A DNA stretch of 63,808 bases, the filler included, from Octopus bimaculoides (lineage: Eukaryota), in NCBI RefSeq assembly GCF_001194135.2. It is 3 parts of 2 records of this genome, joined end to end, with 100 filler letters (N's around TTAATTAATTAA, not from the genome) between each part and the next. Parts side by side here need not be neighbours in the genome. Positions count along the whole stretch, not along the records: positions 45,030 to 63,808 come from NC_068981.1; 2 more parts are not named here. One strand, 5' to 3'. Each line of letters opens with the position of its first letter. The stretch's first letter is position 1. Below, piece after piece: positions 53,520 through 63,808 of this stretch. The notes below the pieces were generated by a model. That model had not been told where the DNA came from, ran no database searches, and was given only the letters and a program-made list of their open reading frames with translations. The translations under genes and the position numbers were made by a program.

Positions 53520-53740
53520 ATGCAAGCTATATGGTGACCTCACTAGTAGCACTGGCATCATGAAAAAGCACTCAGTACAAACTGTAATGTGGCTGGCATT
53601 AGGAAAGGCATCCAGTCATAAATGACCATGTCAAAGCTGACACATGAGTATGATGCAGTTATTGACTCATTGGCACTTTGCGAAACTGTCCAACTCATGT
53701 CAGCATGGAATATGGACATTAAATGATGATGATGATGAGT
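53520..53740 (+). mobile_element. 3' tail of an RTE-associated repeat ending in (GAT)n
   Basis: GGCATTAGGAAAGGCATCCAG...CCAACTCATGTCAGCATGGAA...(GAT)n; homologues at 60060-60240, 60620-60800 and 61660-61845. Confidence 0.65.
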
Positions 53741-53959
53741 GTCTTTCAGTTTCTATCTTCCTCACAAGGTGTTGGTCAGCTCGGGGCTTTAGTAGAAGAC
53801 ACAAGGCCAAGATGCCTCCCACTAAATGTATACACACACATATATATATTTTTTATTCTTTTACTTGTTTCAGTCATATGACTGGGGCCATGCTGGAGCA
53901 CCACCTTTAGTTGAGCAAATTGACCCCAGTACTTATTCTTTGTAAGCCTAGTACTTTTG

Positions 53960-55050
53960 CTCAGCTTGATGGGTCTTCTTCTCAAGCAGGACATAATGCC
54001 AAAGATCTCAGTCATTGCCTCCATGAGGCCCATCACTAGAAAGGAACTCAGCCATTTTGACCCCATGATGCTCAATACTTGAAAGGTGTTCTTTACATGC
54101 CACTAGCATGGGTACACTTGACTTGACTGGTCCTCACAAGCACAGCACATTTCCAAAGGTCTTGGTCATTTGCCATTGCCTCTGTGAGGCTCAAAGTTTG
54201 AAGATCATGCTTCACAACCTCGTTCCATGTCTTCCTGAGTCTACCTCTACCACAGGTTCCCTCCACTGTTAGAGATCGGCTCTTCTTTACACAACTCTCC
54301 TTGTCCATATGCATCACATGACCATACCAGCACAGCTACCTCTCTCGCACACCACATCTGATACTTCTTATGTCTAACTTTTCTCTCAAGATGTTCACAC
54401 GCTGTCAAACCTACAAACTGACATTGCAAATCCAGCGAAACATACTGGCTTCATTTATTTCAAGCCTACAAATATTTTCAGCTGCCACAGTCCATGTTTC
54501 ACTGTTCACACACAGGCATCAAACAAGCTGCCTTTCACTCTGAGAGTGAGGCCCTTTGTTGCCAGTAGGGGTAGGGGCTCCCTGAACTTTGCCCATCCTA
54601 ATCTTATTCTCACAGTTATGCTCTCAAAGCATCCACCTCCACTACTAACTTGATCACCTAGATAATGGAAACTATCTACTATCACGAGCTTACCTCCATG
54701 GCAGTTGATGGAGTCTATTTTCTGCCTATTTTCAGCATTTATTGTACCTGTGCATCTTCTGCATACAAAGGCTAGTTTCCCTGTTAACCTTCTCCTGATA
54801 TTGCTGCTCCTTTTATGTGTCCAAAGCTTACACTGGGTGCAACTTAAGGAGTTTCTACCTACATCTTTTCTACAGATTGAGCAAGGATTTGTGATTTGTC
54901 TGCCTTCTTACTTACTAAGGTTTTGGTGTTTGCTAGGTTAACTCAAAGGCCTTTTGATTCTAGACCTTGCTTCCATACCTGGAACTTCTTCTATAGTTCA
55001 GGTAGTGATTCAGCTATAAGAGTAAGGTCATCAGCATAGAGGAGCTCCCT
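53960..55050 (-). mobile_element. RTE-clade LINE fragment (RT to C-terminus), decayed
   Basis: ELLYADDL (YADD at 55027-55038), WKQGLESKGL, GWAKFRELLPLL, KKSRSLTVEGTCGRGRLRKTWNEVVKHDL. Confidence 0.9.
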
Positions 55051-55059
55051 ATTAAAACA

Positions 55060-55620
55060 AAAGCAGGAGTTGTACAATTACATCATTTTCTATGTAGCCT
55101 CCTTGCTTTTCAATGCACTCCTTCCAGTGGTCCTCAAGCTTGCTTATTCCATTGGAGAACAAGTTTTATAGCTGGTCACACAGCCATTTATGTACTGCTT
55201 CCTGTGCTTCATTGTCTATAGCACATCGAGGACCTCGTAAAAGATATTTGAAGAATCTAAAGAGGTGGTAGTTGGAAGGAACTACATGTAAGTAAATTAA
55301 GACCCAATTTTTCAATGGCTTCAATTGTGTGGGTAGCTGTCTGAGGGTGTGCATGGTCATGCAACAATAACACTTGATTTGACCAAAGACCTAGGTGTTT
55401 GGTACAAATTGATGAAGTTTGTTGGCCAGCATTTCACTGCAACCTATATGCTCCAGGCCCTTTTTCTGCAGAAGATTGAGTCTTGAATTTCTTTTTTGCT
55501 AATGATTCAGGGCATTTCTACTCCATATTTTTTTGATTCTGGCTCAAAGTGATGGACCCAGGTCTCACCTCCGTGACTATTCTCTCCAAAAAGCTTTGCC
55601 TTCATTGTTTTACTGGTCAA
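55060..55620 (-). mobile_element. mariner transposase relic (DD34D type), internally deleted
   Basis: ETWVHHFEPESKK, VPSNYHLFRFFK, FSNGISKLEDHWKECIEKQGGYIEK. Confidence 0.8.
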
Positions 55621-55928
55621 GTAAACATTGATAGATCTCCACATGATTGTGCTTATGTACTTTAGTAAGTTCTCTTGGCACCCATCTCACACACATAAAT
55701 ATGATGGAAGAAATGAAATAAGGATTAAGAACAATATAGTAGTTTTATCAGTTTTAACCTATCAATATAAAAATAGATCAAGAGATCTTCTGTGGTTTTT
55801 ATTAAAAAATGATAACAAAGATTCTTCTTTGAATAAAAATCCAATTTAAACTTTCAATAAAGAGATTGTTTTCATAATCTTTTCTTTCATGTGTTTGTAA
55901 CATATATAATATAAAAGTCTGTTTGAAA

Positions 55929-56048
55929 TCAGTCTATTGCTGGAAGACCACCACCAACAACCTCCTCTTCCTCACCACCACAGCCGCCGCCACCACCACC
56001 ACCACCACCACCCATGTGTGACATCATCCCTCTGCCGGATGCTGGCGC
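55929..56048 (-). CDS. Candidate terminal coding exon of an unidentified gene (APASGRGMMSHM-G10-CGGEEEEVVGGGLPAID*)
   Basis: Acceptor TTTATTGTTCTATCAG, 39 open codons to TGA, AATAAA about 125 nt downstream (55803-55798), CpGs retained in a CpG-poor region. Low complexity weakens the ORF evidence, and the reading frame is uncertain. Confidence 0.45.
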   Translation of the reverse strand, partial: APASGRGMMSHMGGGGGGGGGGCGGEEEEVVGGGLPAID

Positions 56049-56349
56049 CTGATAGAACAATAAATTGTTGATTTTATTTCTATTCAATATTCATGCTGTT
56101 TACTGTTATTTTGTCTACAAAGAAACAAAAATGACTAATAAATAAACAAACTATCATTGAACTGGAACTATTTATTACCAATTTTGTTTAACAATGAGGA
56201 GTTCCTACATAGTCGGCATGCCTACTAGAAACAGCAGCCAGATAACCCCCTTCAAATCACACTATAAAACAACATTAAGGATATTTTGAATAATATAGTT
56301 CCTGACATACAAAAGATGGGTTGCTTATGGTACAAAAGTTTTAACACAA

Positions 56350-56700
56350 TTCATTGGCACCTTTGGCAAGTGTCTTCTACTATAACCATTTCCACCTTAG
56401 GCTGACCAATACCTTGTGAGGGAATTTGGTAGATGGAAACTGAAAGGCGGCGAGCTAACAGAAATGTTAGCACGCCAGGTGAAATGCTTAGCAGTATTTT
56501 GTCTGCCGTTATGTTCTGAGTTCAAATTCTGCCGAGGTCAACTTTGACTTTCATCCTTCCGAGGTTGATGAATTAAGTACCAGTTATGCACTGGGGTTGA
56601 TGTAATCGACTTAATCCCTTTGTTTGTCCTTGTTTGTCCCCTCTATGTTTAGCCCCCTGTGGGCAATAAAAAAATAGGAAACTGAAAGAAGCCTATCAAC
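56350..56700 (+). mobile_element. SINE-B (about 56447-56676) nested in a SINE-A, with a 12-bp TSD
   Basis: GGAAACTGAAAG at 56435-56446 and 56677-56688; SINE-A resumes with AAGCC after the second copy. Confidence 0.9.
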
Positions 56701-56707
56701 ACACACA

Positions 56708-56770
<63 letters not shown>

Positions 56771-57239
56771 ACATATATAAATTCTTAAGTTTATCTCTAC
56801 AGATTTTCTGTAGAATTTAGAGCCAGTACTGAAGGTTATGATGTTTCATATACAAATATGTGTATGTAAACAATGTAAACAAAGTGGCTATTTAAGCAAT
56901 GTATTCATGGATAGTTAATGAGTTGGATGTGGTGCTGAAGAAGGAGAAATAACTCCTGAAATATGCATATAAATCCATTACCTATTTTTCTGTGTTCACT
57001 TATATTGTTTACATAGATGTATTCATGTAGGAAACGTTGCACCTTTCAGTGGTGGCTTTAAATTCTATTGAAAATTTGTAGAGATAAAAACTTAAAAATG
57101 AAAACAACTCACTGCTAACATAAAATAGGACACAGTATTGACTTATAAATCTTTAATATACTTGATACTATGTTATGGTTGCAAAACGAAATATGGTGTC
57201 CCTATTAACAATTAACATTCGTGTGTGTGTGTGTGTGTG

Positions 57240-57292
57240 TGTGCTTGCCTTCCAGCCATGTAGATTTGCTAGACAGAAACTGAAAGAAGGCT

Positions 57293-57348
<56 letters not shown>

Positions 57349-57680
57349 CACACACACACACACACACACACGCTTACATATGTATGTGTGTGTGTCCTCT
57401 TCGCAGTACATGATAGTTGTAAATGATTGTCCTGTCATACAAGCAGTGTCATTCATTTCCAATATTCTGCGAGAACATGTCTGGCCATGGGATAATATTA
57501 CTCTGCTTGAAAACAAGTGAGGGTTGATGACAGGAAGAGCATCTAGTAGTTGAAAATATGACTCAATAAACTCCATCCAATCCATGCAAGCATGGAAAAG
57601 AGGATGTTAAAAAGAGGATAATGATGGTGATAATGATGATGGTGATGACGACGACGATGATGATGATAATGATGATGATG
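57240..57680 (+). mobile_element. SINE-A-like body with an alternative tail ending in (GAT)n
   Basis: TAGACAGAAACTGAAAGAAGG, then a microsatellite, then ...GACAGGAAGAGCATC...CATGCAAGCATGGAAAA...GAT repeats. Confidence 0.6.
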
Positions 57681-57705
57681 ATGTATTTTACAAAATCATA
57701 CTCAC

Positions 57706-57730
57706 TTGCCAGTCAAGGCTGGCTGTGCTC
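57706..57730 (-). CDS. Candidate 25-nt microexon
   Basis: TTGTTCTGTATCATAG|GAGCACAGCCAGCCTTGACTGGCAA|GTGAGT; reading STASLDWQ is in phase with the 56048 exon. Confidence 0.35.
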
Positions 57731-58714
57731 CTATGATACAGAACAAATCTGTAATTTTTTAGAAACCCTGTAATTGATTCCACGTTTTGTTAAGCTCCCA
57801 AAGTACAGTACAGCTATTCTGTTGCAAAGCTTTATCTATTCTTCCAATGAAACTACAAAAATATCCACTTAACACAACTTTTTCAAAGTAAAAGACTAAA
57901 ATTGATGTACCATCCACATCTGCTGTATTTCATTACAGTTTAGTTCATAGTTTTCTCCACTAGCTGTGCTCCTGTCTTATAAAGTTAGAGATGTTATATA
58001 ATACATAGTTGGAGAATATAATACATGGTTCCAACATAGATTCTAGGGAAGCTTTTATTTAAATTGTATTTTTTCTATCCTTTTTGTTTTCTGAATGTAT
58101 TTTCTTACACAATGAATGTGATCTGTTTGAAAGAATATTACAGAAGTAACTCAATGAAATCTACATTCAAACAGATGAAATACTTTTAAAAACTAAAAAG
58201 TAGCTTTTCTATTACATTATCTGTTAGAAACATTTTGTTATTTCTCAACTTTCATTGTATTGAATTACCTACTGACTGCCTTGAACCAATGTGATTGTCT
58301 TTTATTTTCTTACTTTGCTAGTTATGTAGAATTTGCTTTCTTTGTATAAAACTTCTCAACTTCAGCTACATATCAGTAAAACACCCATTTGTAGCAGATT
58401 AAATGTCTTAAGTTAAACTAATTTATTTTCATTATTTTAGTATGAGTGAATTTGCAGAAATGTTAGCGTTGGAAAATACACCTTGCCATATTTGTTCCAG
58501 TTTTATTTTCTGATTTCAAATCCTGCCAAGATCAACTTTGCCTTTCCTCTTTCCAGGGTTGATAAAATAAAGTACCAGTCAAACAGGGTTAATGGTTTCA
58601 ACTCACCACTTCCCTTGAAAATTGCCTATCCTATACCTAAATCAGAAACCATTATTTCATTACAGATGGATTGGTAAAATCATTAGTGTTGGTTAAAATA
58701 CCCATGTTGCTCAC

Positions 58715-58761
58715 ATTTGGTATTGTTTTCGCTGGATATGTATTTATCAGTTAAAACATAA
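58715..58761 (-). CDS. Candidate 47-nt exon (YVLTDKYISSENNTK)
   Basis: Acceptor TCTTTTGTTCATTACAG, donor AAT|GTGAGC, a single open frame. Confidence 0.3.
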
Positions 58762-59344
58762 CTGTAATGAACAAAAGACTTCATTCAAAAGCACCAAATT
58801 TGGGATTTTTCCAGTGACGTTTACAGCCTTTACTTTCTACCCCCTCTCCCCCTCTCTCTTTCTCTTTCCTTCTCTCTCTTCCCCTCTCCCCTCTCTCTTT
58901 CCTTCTCCTCCCCACTCAAATTTTGCACTTGTATGATGCTGAGGTTAAGAAGTTCACTTCACAAACGTGATTCAATTTCAGTCTCATTGTGTAGAACCTT
59001 GGGCAAGTGTCTTCAAGTATAGCCTCTAGCTGATTAAAGCCATGTGATTGGATTTAGTAGGTGGAAACTGAAATAAGACCATTGCATGCGTGTGTGTGTG
59101 TGTGCATGCATGCATGTGTGCCAGATATGTTTTCACAAAGGTCTGGATAGAAATGACATCATTTGTTTAACAGTGATGCTTGTTTATAGCGACTGCCCAA
59201 TGTTAAGGTAAGGAGACAAAGACACACACCATGCACATACGTATATACATACACATTACATAAAAAATTAAGAATTTTATATCATGACAGTAAGTTTGAA
59301 CAAAAGAATTGAAGAATTTGTGCCTTATATACATGAAACCAAGT

Positions 59345-59560
59345 ATCTTTACCTCTGCCAAGGAAGGAGGTTATGTTTCTATTGGCGTTGGTTTGTCCAT
59401 CTGTCCGTCTGTGTGTAAAATAACTCAAAAAGTTCTGAACAGTATTTGATGAAACTTGCAGGAAGAGTTGGTGATGATACAAGGAACAGATGATGAAATT
59501 TTGGTAGTGATCTGGGAATTTTTATGGATTCTTGAAGGATTTTTCATTTGTTATATTTAC
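59345..59560 (+). mobile_element. Possible Helentron-associated (DINE-1/HINE-like) non-autonomous element
   Basis: TTTACCTCTGCCAAGGAAGGAGGTTATG start with a short internal inverted repeat, then GTCC/GTCT repeats; recalled resemblance only. Confidence 0.4.
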
Positions 59561-59698
59561 ACGAAGTATTACAATGTTACGTTCTTTGATTATCTCCCTT
59601 GAAAACATGTTCATCGTTTGCACGTAACCTATGGTGGCGTTTCTCTTTCCAAAGTTTATTAGTAATTTTACTCACATATCTATCTTAAAATGAGCTGC

Positions 59699-59749
<51 letters not shown>

Positions 59750-59752
<3 letters not shown>

Positions 59753-60240
59753 CGACCTTTGGAAGTATGGTGTGCTTGAGAAGACCCAGCAAGCCAAGTG
59801 AGACCATAACCGTGGCCTATGCTAGTGCAGTATAACCAGCCCATTTAAGAGTACTCTTCAATCATTGGGCAATAAACTGCGCTTGCAAAGACCCTGGTTG
59901 GTACCCATGCCAGTGGCAAGTATGAAGCACCATTCGAGCATGGTTGATGCCAGTGCTGCCTGACTGGTCCTGTGCCAGTGGCATGTAAAAAGCACCATTC
60001 AAGCATGGTTGATACCAGTACCGCCTGACTAGCCCTCATATCAGTGGCATGTAAACAGCACCCACTACACTCTCGGAGTGGTTGGCATTAGGAAGGGCGT
60101 CCAGCTGTATAAACGTTGCCAGATCAGATTGGTGCCTGGTGCAGCCTTCTGGCTCACCAGCCCTCAGTCAGACTGTCCAACCCATGCCAGCATGGAAAGC
60201 AGAAGTGAAACGACGATGATGATGATGATGATGATGATGA
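59750..60240 (+). mobile_element. RTE-associated 3' region with internal tandem repeats of about 63 bp
   Basis: Repeated GCCAGTGGCA...AAGCACCATTC(G/A)AGCATGGTTGAT(G/A)CCAGT, then the shared tail and (GAT)n. Confidence 0.65.
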
Positions 60241-60241
60241 T

Positions 60242-60294
<53 letters not shown>

Positions 60295-61368
60295 GAAGGG
60301 AGTGTGATTAAAGAGTGCGAATAAGTGACAAAAGACCTTGGTACATATAGAGTTCGAGGGGCTACCTATTAGTAATGATACAGAACAGGGGTGTGAGGAC
60401 AGGACTGGGTAATGGGAGCTAGGCATAGTGTATAAAGGAGGAAATGCGAGAAAGAGAAGTGATGTAGATTGGTTTGTTGGGATGTCACCAAGTACTTGGT
60501 GACACTTAAAAGTACCTAGTCCACAGTGTAAAGTGGTTGGTGTTTGGAAGGGCATCCAGCTGTAAAAGCCTTGCCAAAACGGACCTTGCCTGTGCTTGTG
60601 CCACATAAAAAGCACTAAGTTCACTCTGCTGAGTGGTTGGTGTTAGGAAGAGCATCCAGCTGTAAAAATCCTGCCAAAACAGTCACAGAAGTCTGGTGCA
60701 GGCTTCAGCCTGACCAGCTCTTGTGGTACCGTCCCACCCATGCTAGCATGGAAGATAGATGTTAAATGATGATGATGACGATGACGATGATGATGGTGAT
60801 ATGTCATCATCATCATGATCATCCTTTAACATCCGTTTTCTATACAATGGTCTCTTTTCAGTTTTCATCTACCAAACCCATTCATAAGACTTTGGTTGGC
60901 CTGGCACTACAGTTGAAGATACTTGAACAAAGTGCTATATAGTGAGAATAAACCCAAAAGCATGTGGTTGGGAATTGAACTTCTTAACCACACAGGCATA
61001 CCTGCATATGTTTTTATTCCTTTTGACATTTGAAGAAATAATTATCTTATTGTACATAACGTAAGTCAAAATCTGTAATCAATGTTATTCACTAATTATC
61101 AGTTTCACATTATTATCTCTTGTTAATGAAGTAAATGTATTAATTATTACTAAAAATAACTCTACCGTAAGGCACACTAAAGATAGTTGCACATTAATTA
61201 TCAAACTCTTTTAATATCAAATTGCTTGAACCCACTTGTTCTAAAGTGAGTGTTCATATGTAAATTAATACCTTCATCAAAATTTGATTATTATATGAAC
61301 AATACTGTGAGATTTCAGGCGGTAATCAACAACATAATATTTCTATATATTTCTCTCTCTCTCTGTCC

Positions 61369-61419
<51 letters not shown>

Positions 61420-61584
61420 NNNNNNNNNNNNNNNNNNNNNNNNNNNNNNNNNNNNNNNNNNNNNNNNNNNNNNNNNNNNNNNNNNNNNNNNNNNNNNNNN
61501 NNNNNNNNNNNNNNNNNNNNNNNNNNNNNNNNNNNNNNNNNNNNNNNNNNNNNNNNNNNNNNNNNNNNNNNNNNNNNNNNNNNN

Positions 61585-61845
61585 GGCGGCACGTAAAAAA
61601 CACCATTTGAACGTGGCCGTCGCCAGTACCACCTGACTGGACCTCGTGCCGGTGGCACGTAAAAGCACCCACTACACTCTCGGAGTGGTTGGCATTAGGA
61701 AGGGCATCCAGCTGTAGAAATTCTGTCAGATCAAATTGGAGCCTGGTGCAGCCATTTGGTTTGCCAGTCCTCAGTCAAATCGTCCAACCCATGCTAACAC
61801 GGAAAGCAGACGTTAAACAATGATGATGATGATGATGATGATGAT
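61585..61845 (+). mobile_element. Less decayed copy of the same RTE-associated 3' region
   Basis: Homologous to 59930-60240, with more CpGs retained. Confidence 0.7.
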
Positions 61846-62040
61846 ATATATATATAAATTTAATGGACAATATATGGAATTAACTAATCCAGTGGTACTC
61901 ATAAAAACAGCTCCTTTAATAGATCAGGCCACAAACCACAGAGTAAGCTAAAACAAAACAAAGAGATGTATTGTATAGTCTGGTGCAGTTGAAATAGTAA
62001 ATCCAATTGCTAATTAAACAAGATATATATGTATATGTAT

Positions 62041-62076
<36 letters not shown>

Positions 62077-63191
62077 TTCCAAGAAAGTTAGAGGTTGTGA
62101 ATCCAACCAACTAAGGGATAATATCTTTCCAATATACTGCTAGTAGAATACCTAATTATTAATGCACAAGTGTTTTTTCATTGCATGGCAATTACATTAC
62201 TCAGTGTAATAAGTGGGTGAGGGTAAAGAGTTATTTTACCATTAATTTATGGAGCAATAAGAAAATGGAGGGGAACACGCGCACACACACACACCCGTTA
62301 TTGAAAATATACGAATGGAAAAAAAATTGAAAAGAAGTAGGGTGCCTATTTGACACATCCATCTGGACATTACTAAATAGTGTCAGTATTTTAACCCTCA
62401 TTTTGAAATCACGATGATCCAAAAGAAAGCTCAAGTTAATTGAAACATAGTCAGCTAGTTAGAAATGCTGTTACATAAGGGTTAAGATATGGTGGAATCT
62501 CTTTGTGAAATGATATTGTGACTGCATAGCAGTATAAAGTAGTTTAGTTTGTTACAAAGTAATTCTTCTTCACAACTGGCTAGCATATAGAGAGTTTGTT
62601 TTAATGCTTAGCTCACTTCATGTCATCTAAATGTGATAGAATAAGTCAAGCAAAACATTAGCAGCATGGCATGGCCATGCTTCACTAATAGCATGTAGTC
62701 TTTATGATAGTTAATGTAGACTGCTTTTTTGTTTTCTCAGTACAGGCTTTTACAAAGAAAAACTTAAAAGCATTGACAGATATAGGTATTCCACTGTGTG
62801 TGGTGTGTAGAATTATATATATATATATATATATNNNNNNNNNNNNNNNNNNNNNNNNNNNNNNNNNNNNNNNNNNNNNNNNNNNNNNNNNNNNNNNNNN
62901 NNNNNNNNNNNNNNNNNNNNNNNNNNNNNNNNNNNNNNNNNNNNNNNNNNNNNNNNNNNNNNNNNNNNNNNNNNNNNNNNNNNNNNNNNNNNNNNNNNNN
63001 NNNNNNNNNNNNNNNNNNNNNNNNNNNNNNNNNNNNNNNNNNNNNNNNNNNNNNNNNNNNNNNNNNNNNNNNNNNNNNNNNNNNNNNNNNNNNNNNNNNN
63101 NNNNNNNNNNNNNNNNNNNNNNNNNNNNNNNNNNNNNNNNNNNNNNNNNNNNNNNNNNNNNNNNNNNNNNNNNNNNNNNNNNNNNNNNNNN

Positions 63192-63252
<61 letters not shown>

Positions 63253-63808
63253 CAAAAAATGTTTTGAAGAACTAAAGATATACACAAAACTACCAGATGT
63301 AATGTTTTTTTGTCTGCTTCATGTTTAGGCCAGTAAATTTAACAGCAAGTAATGTTAGACAGAACTTAAAAGTAATACCTGTATTAAGTTATCAATAAAT
63401 AAGAATAACAATTTTATACACAGTTAGTGCAAGCATGTCTACTGTTAAGAAGCTAGCTTCCCAACCATATAGTCTTGGGTTCAGTCACATTTTATGGCAC
63501 CTTGCGAAATTTCTTCACTGATAACCCCAGGTCAACCAAGGACCATTCTAGTCAAGTCAGCATGGAAAACGTACTGGGTTGGATTTGGTTGAGAGAATCT
63601 GGAAGAAGCCTGTCATATATAAATATATATATATCACCATCATCAACATTATCATCATCGTCATCATTGTCATCATCATCATCATCATCATTTAACATCC
63701 ATTTTTCATAATGGCATGGGTTGGATGGTTTGACAAGAGCTGGCAAGGCCAGGAACTGCACCAGGTTGCAGTAGTCTGTTTATATATAATATATGTATAT
63801 ATATATAT

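Noticed and set aside
59900-60800. Regularly spaced repeats that could be taken for a CRISPR-like array
   Set aside because: They are degenerate tandem units within a retroelement 3' region; no unique spacers or cas genes, and the context is eukaryotic.
61276-61345. Possible minus-strand exon (KYYVVDYRLKSH...)
   Set aside because: In-frame stops in every frame between the plausible acceptor and donor.
62391-62485. TTAA-CCCT...AGGG-TTAA, piggyBac-like ends
   Set aside because: Only 4 bp of inverted repeat; easily chance in AT-rich DNA.

Overview
AT-rich, microsatellite- and transposon-dense animal genomic DNA with many N gaps. The SINE families and repeat content point to a cephalopod, probably Octopus (inference, not verified). 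The only intact gene I can support is a tRNA-His(GUG) at 46980-47051. The window opens with the 3' half of a 5S rRNA sequence fused to a SINE tail. The rest is mainly three tRNA-derived SINE families (my labels SINE-A, -B, -C), decayed non-LTR elements (Tx1/L1, Dong/R4, RTE, Penelope-like), Tc1/mariner relics and MITEs. Two 100-bp artificial spacers split the window into at least three assembly pieces. Most ORFs in the supplied track are microsatellite or N-gap artefacts. Most interesting: (1) two different Tx1-type elements end at the same nucleotide of the SINE-A head, suggesting a retrotransposon that targets a SINE; one is ORF1-only, and a SINE-B variant carries a Tx1-like tail. (2) A 5S-headed SINE shares its tail with SINE-A. 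(3) Two unrelated MITEs each have a truncated inverted copy just upstream. (4) CpG content drops sharply downstream of the tRNA gene, and candidate exons of an unidentified gene lie in the depleted part. All calls were made by eye, and repeat boundaries are approximate unless a TSD is quoted.
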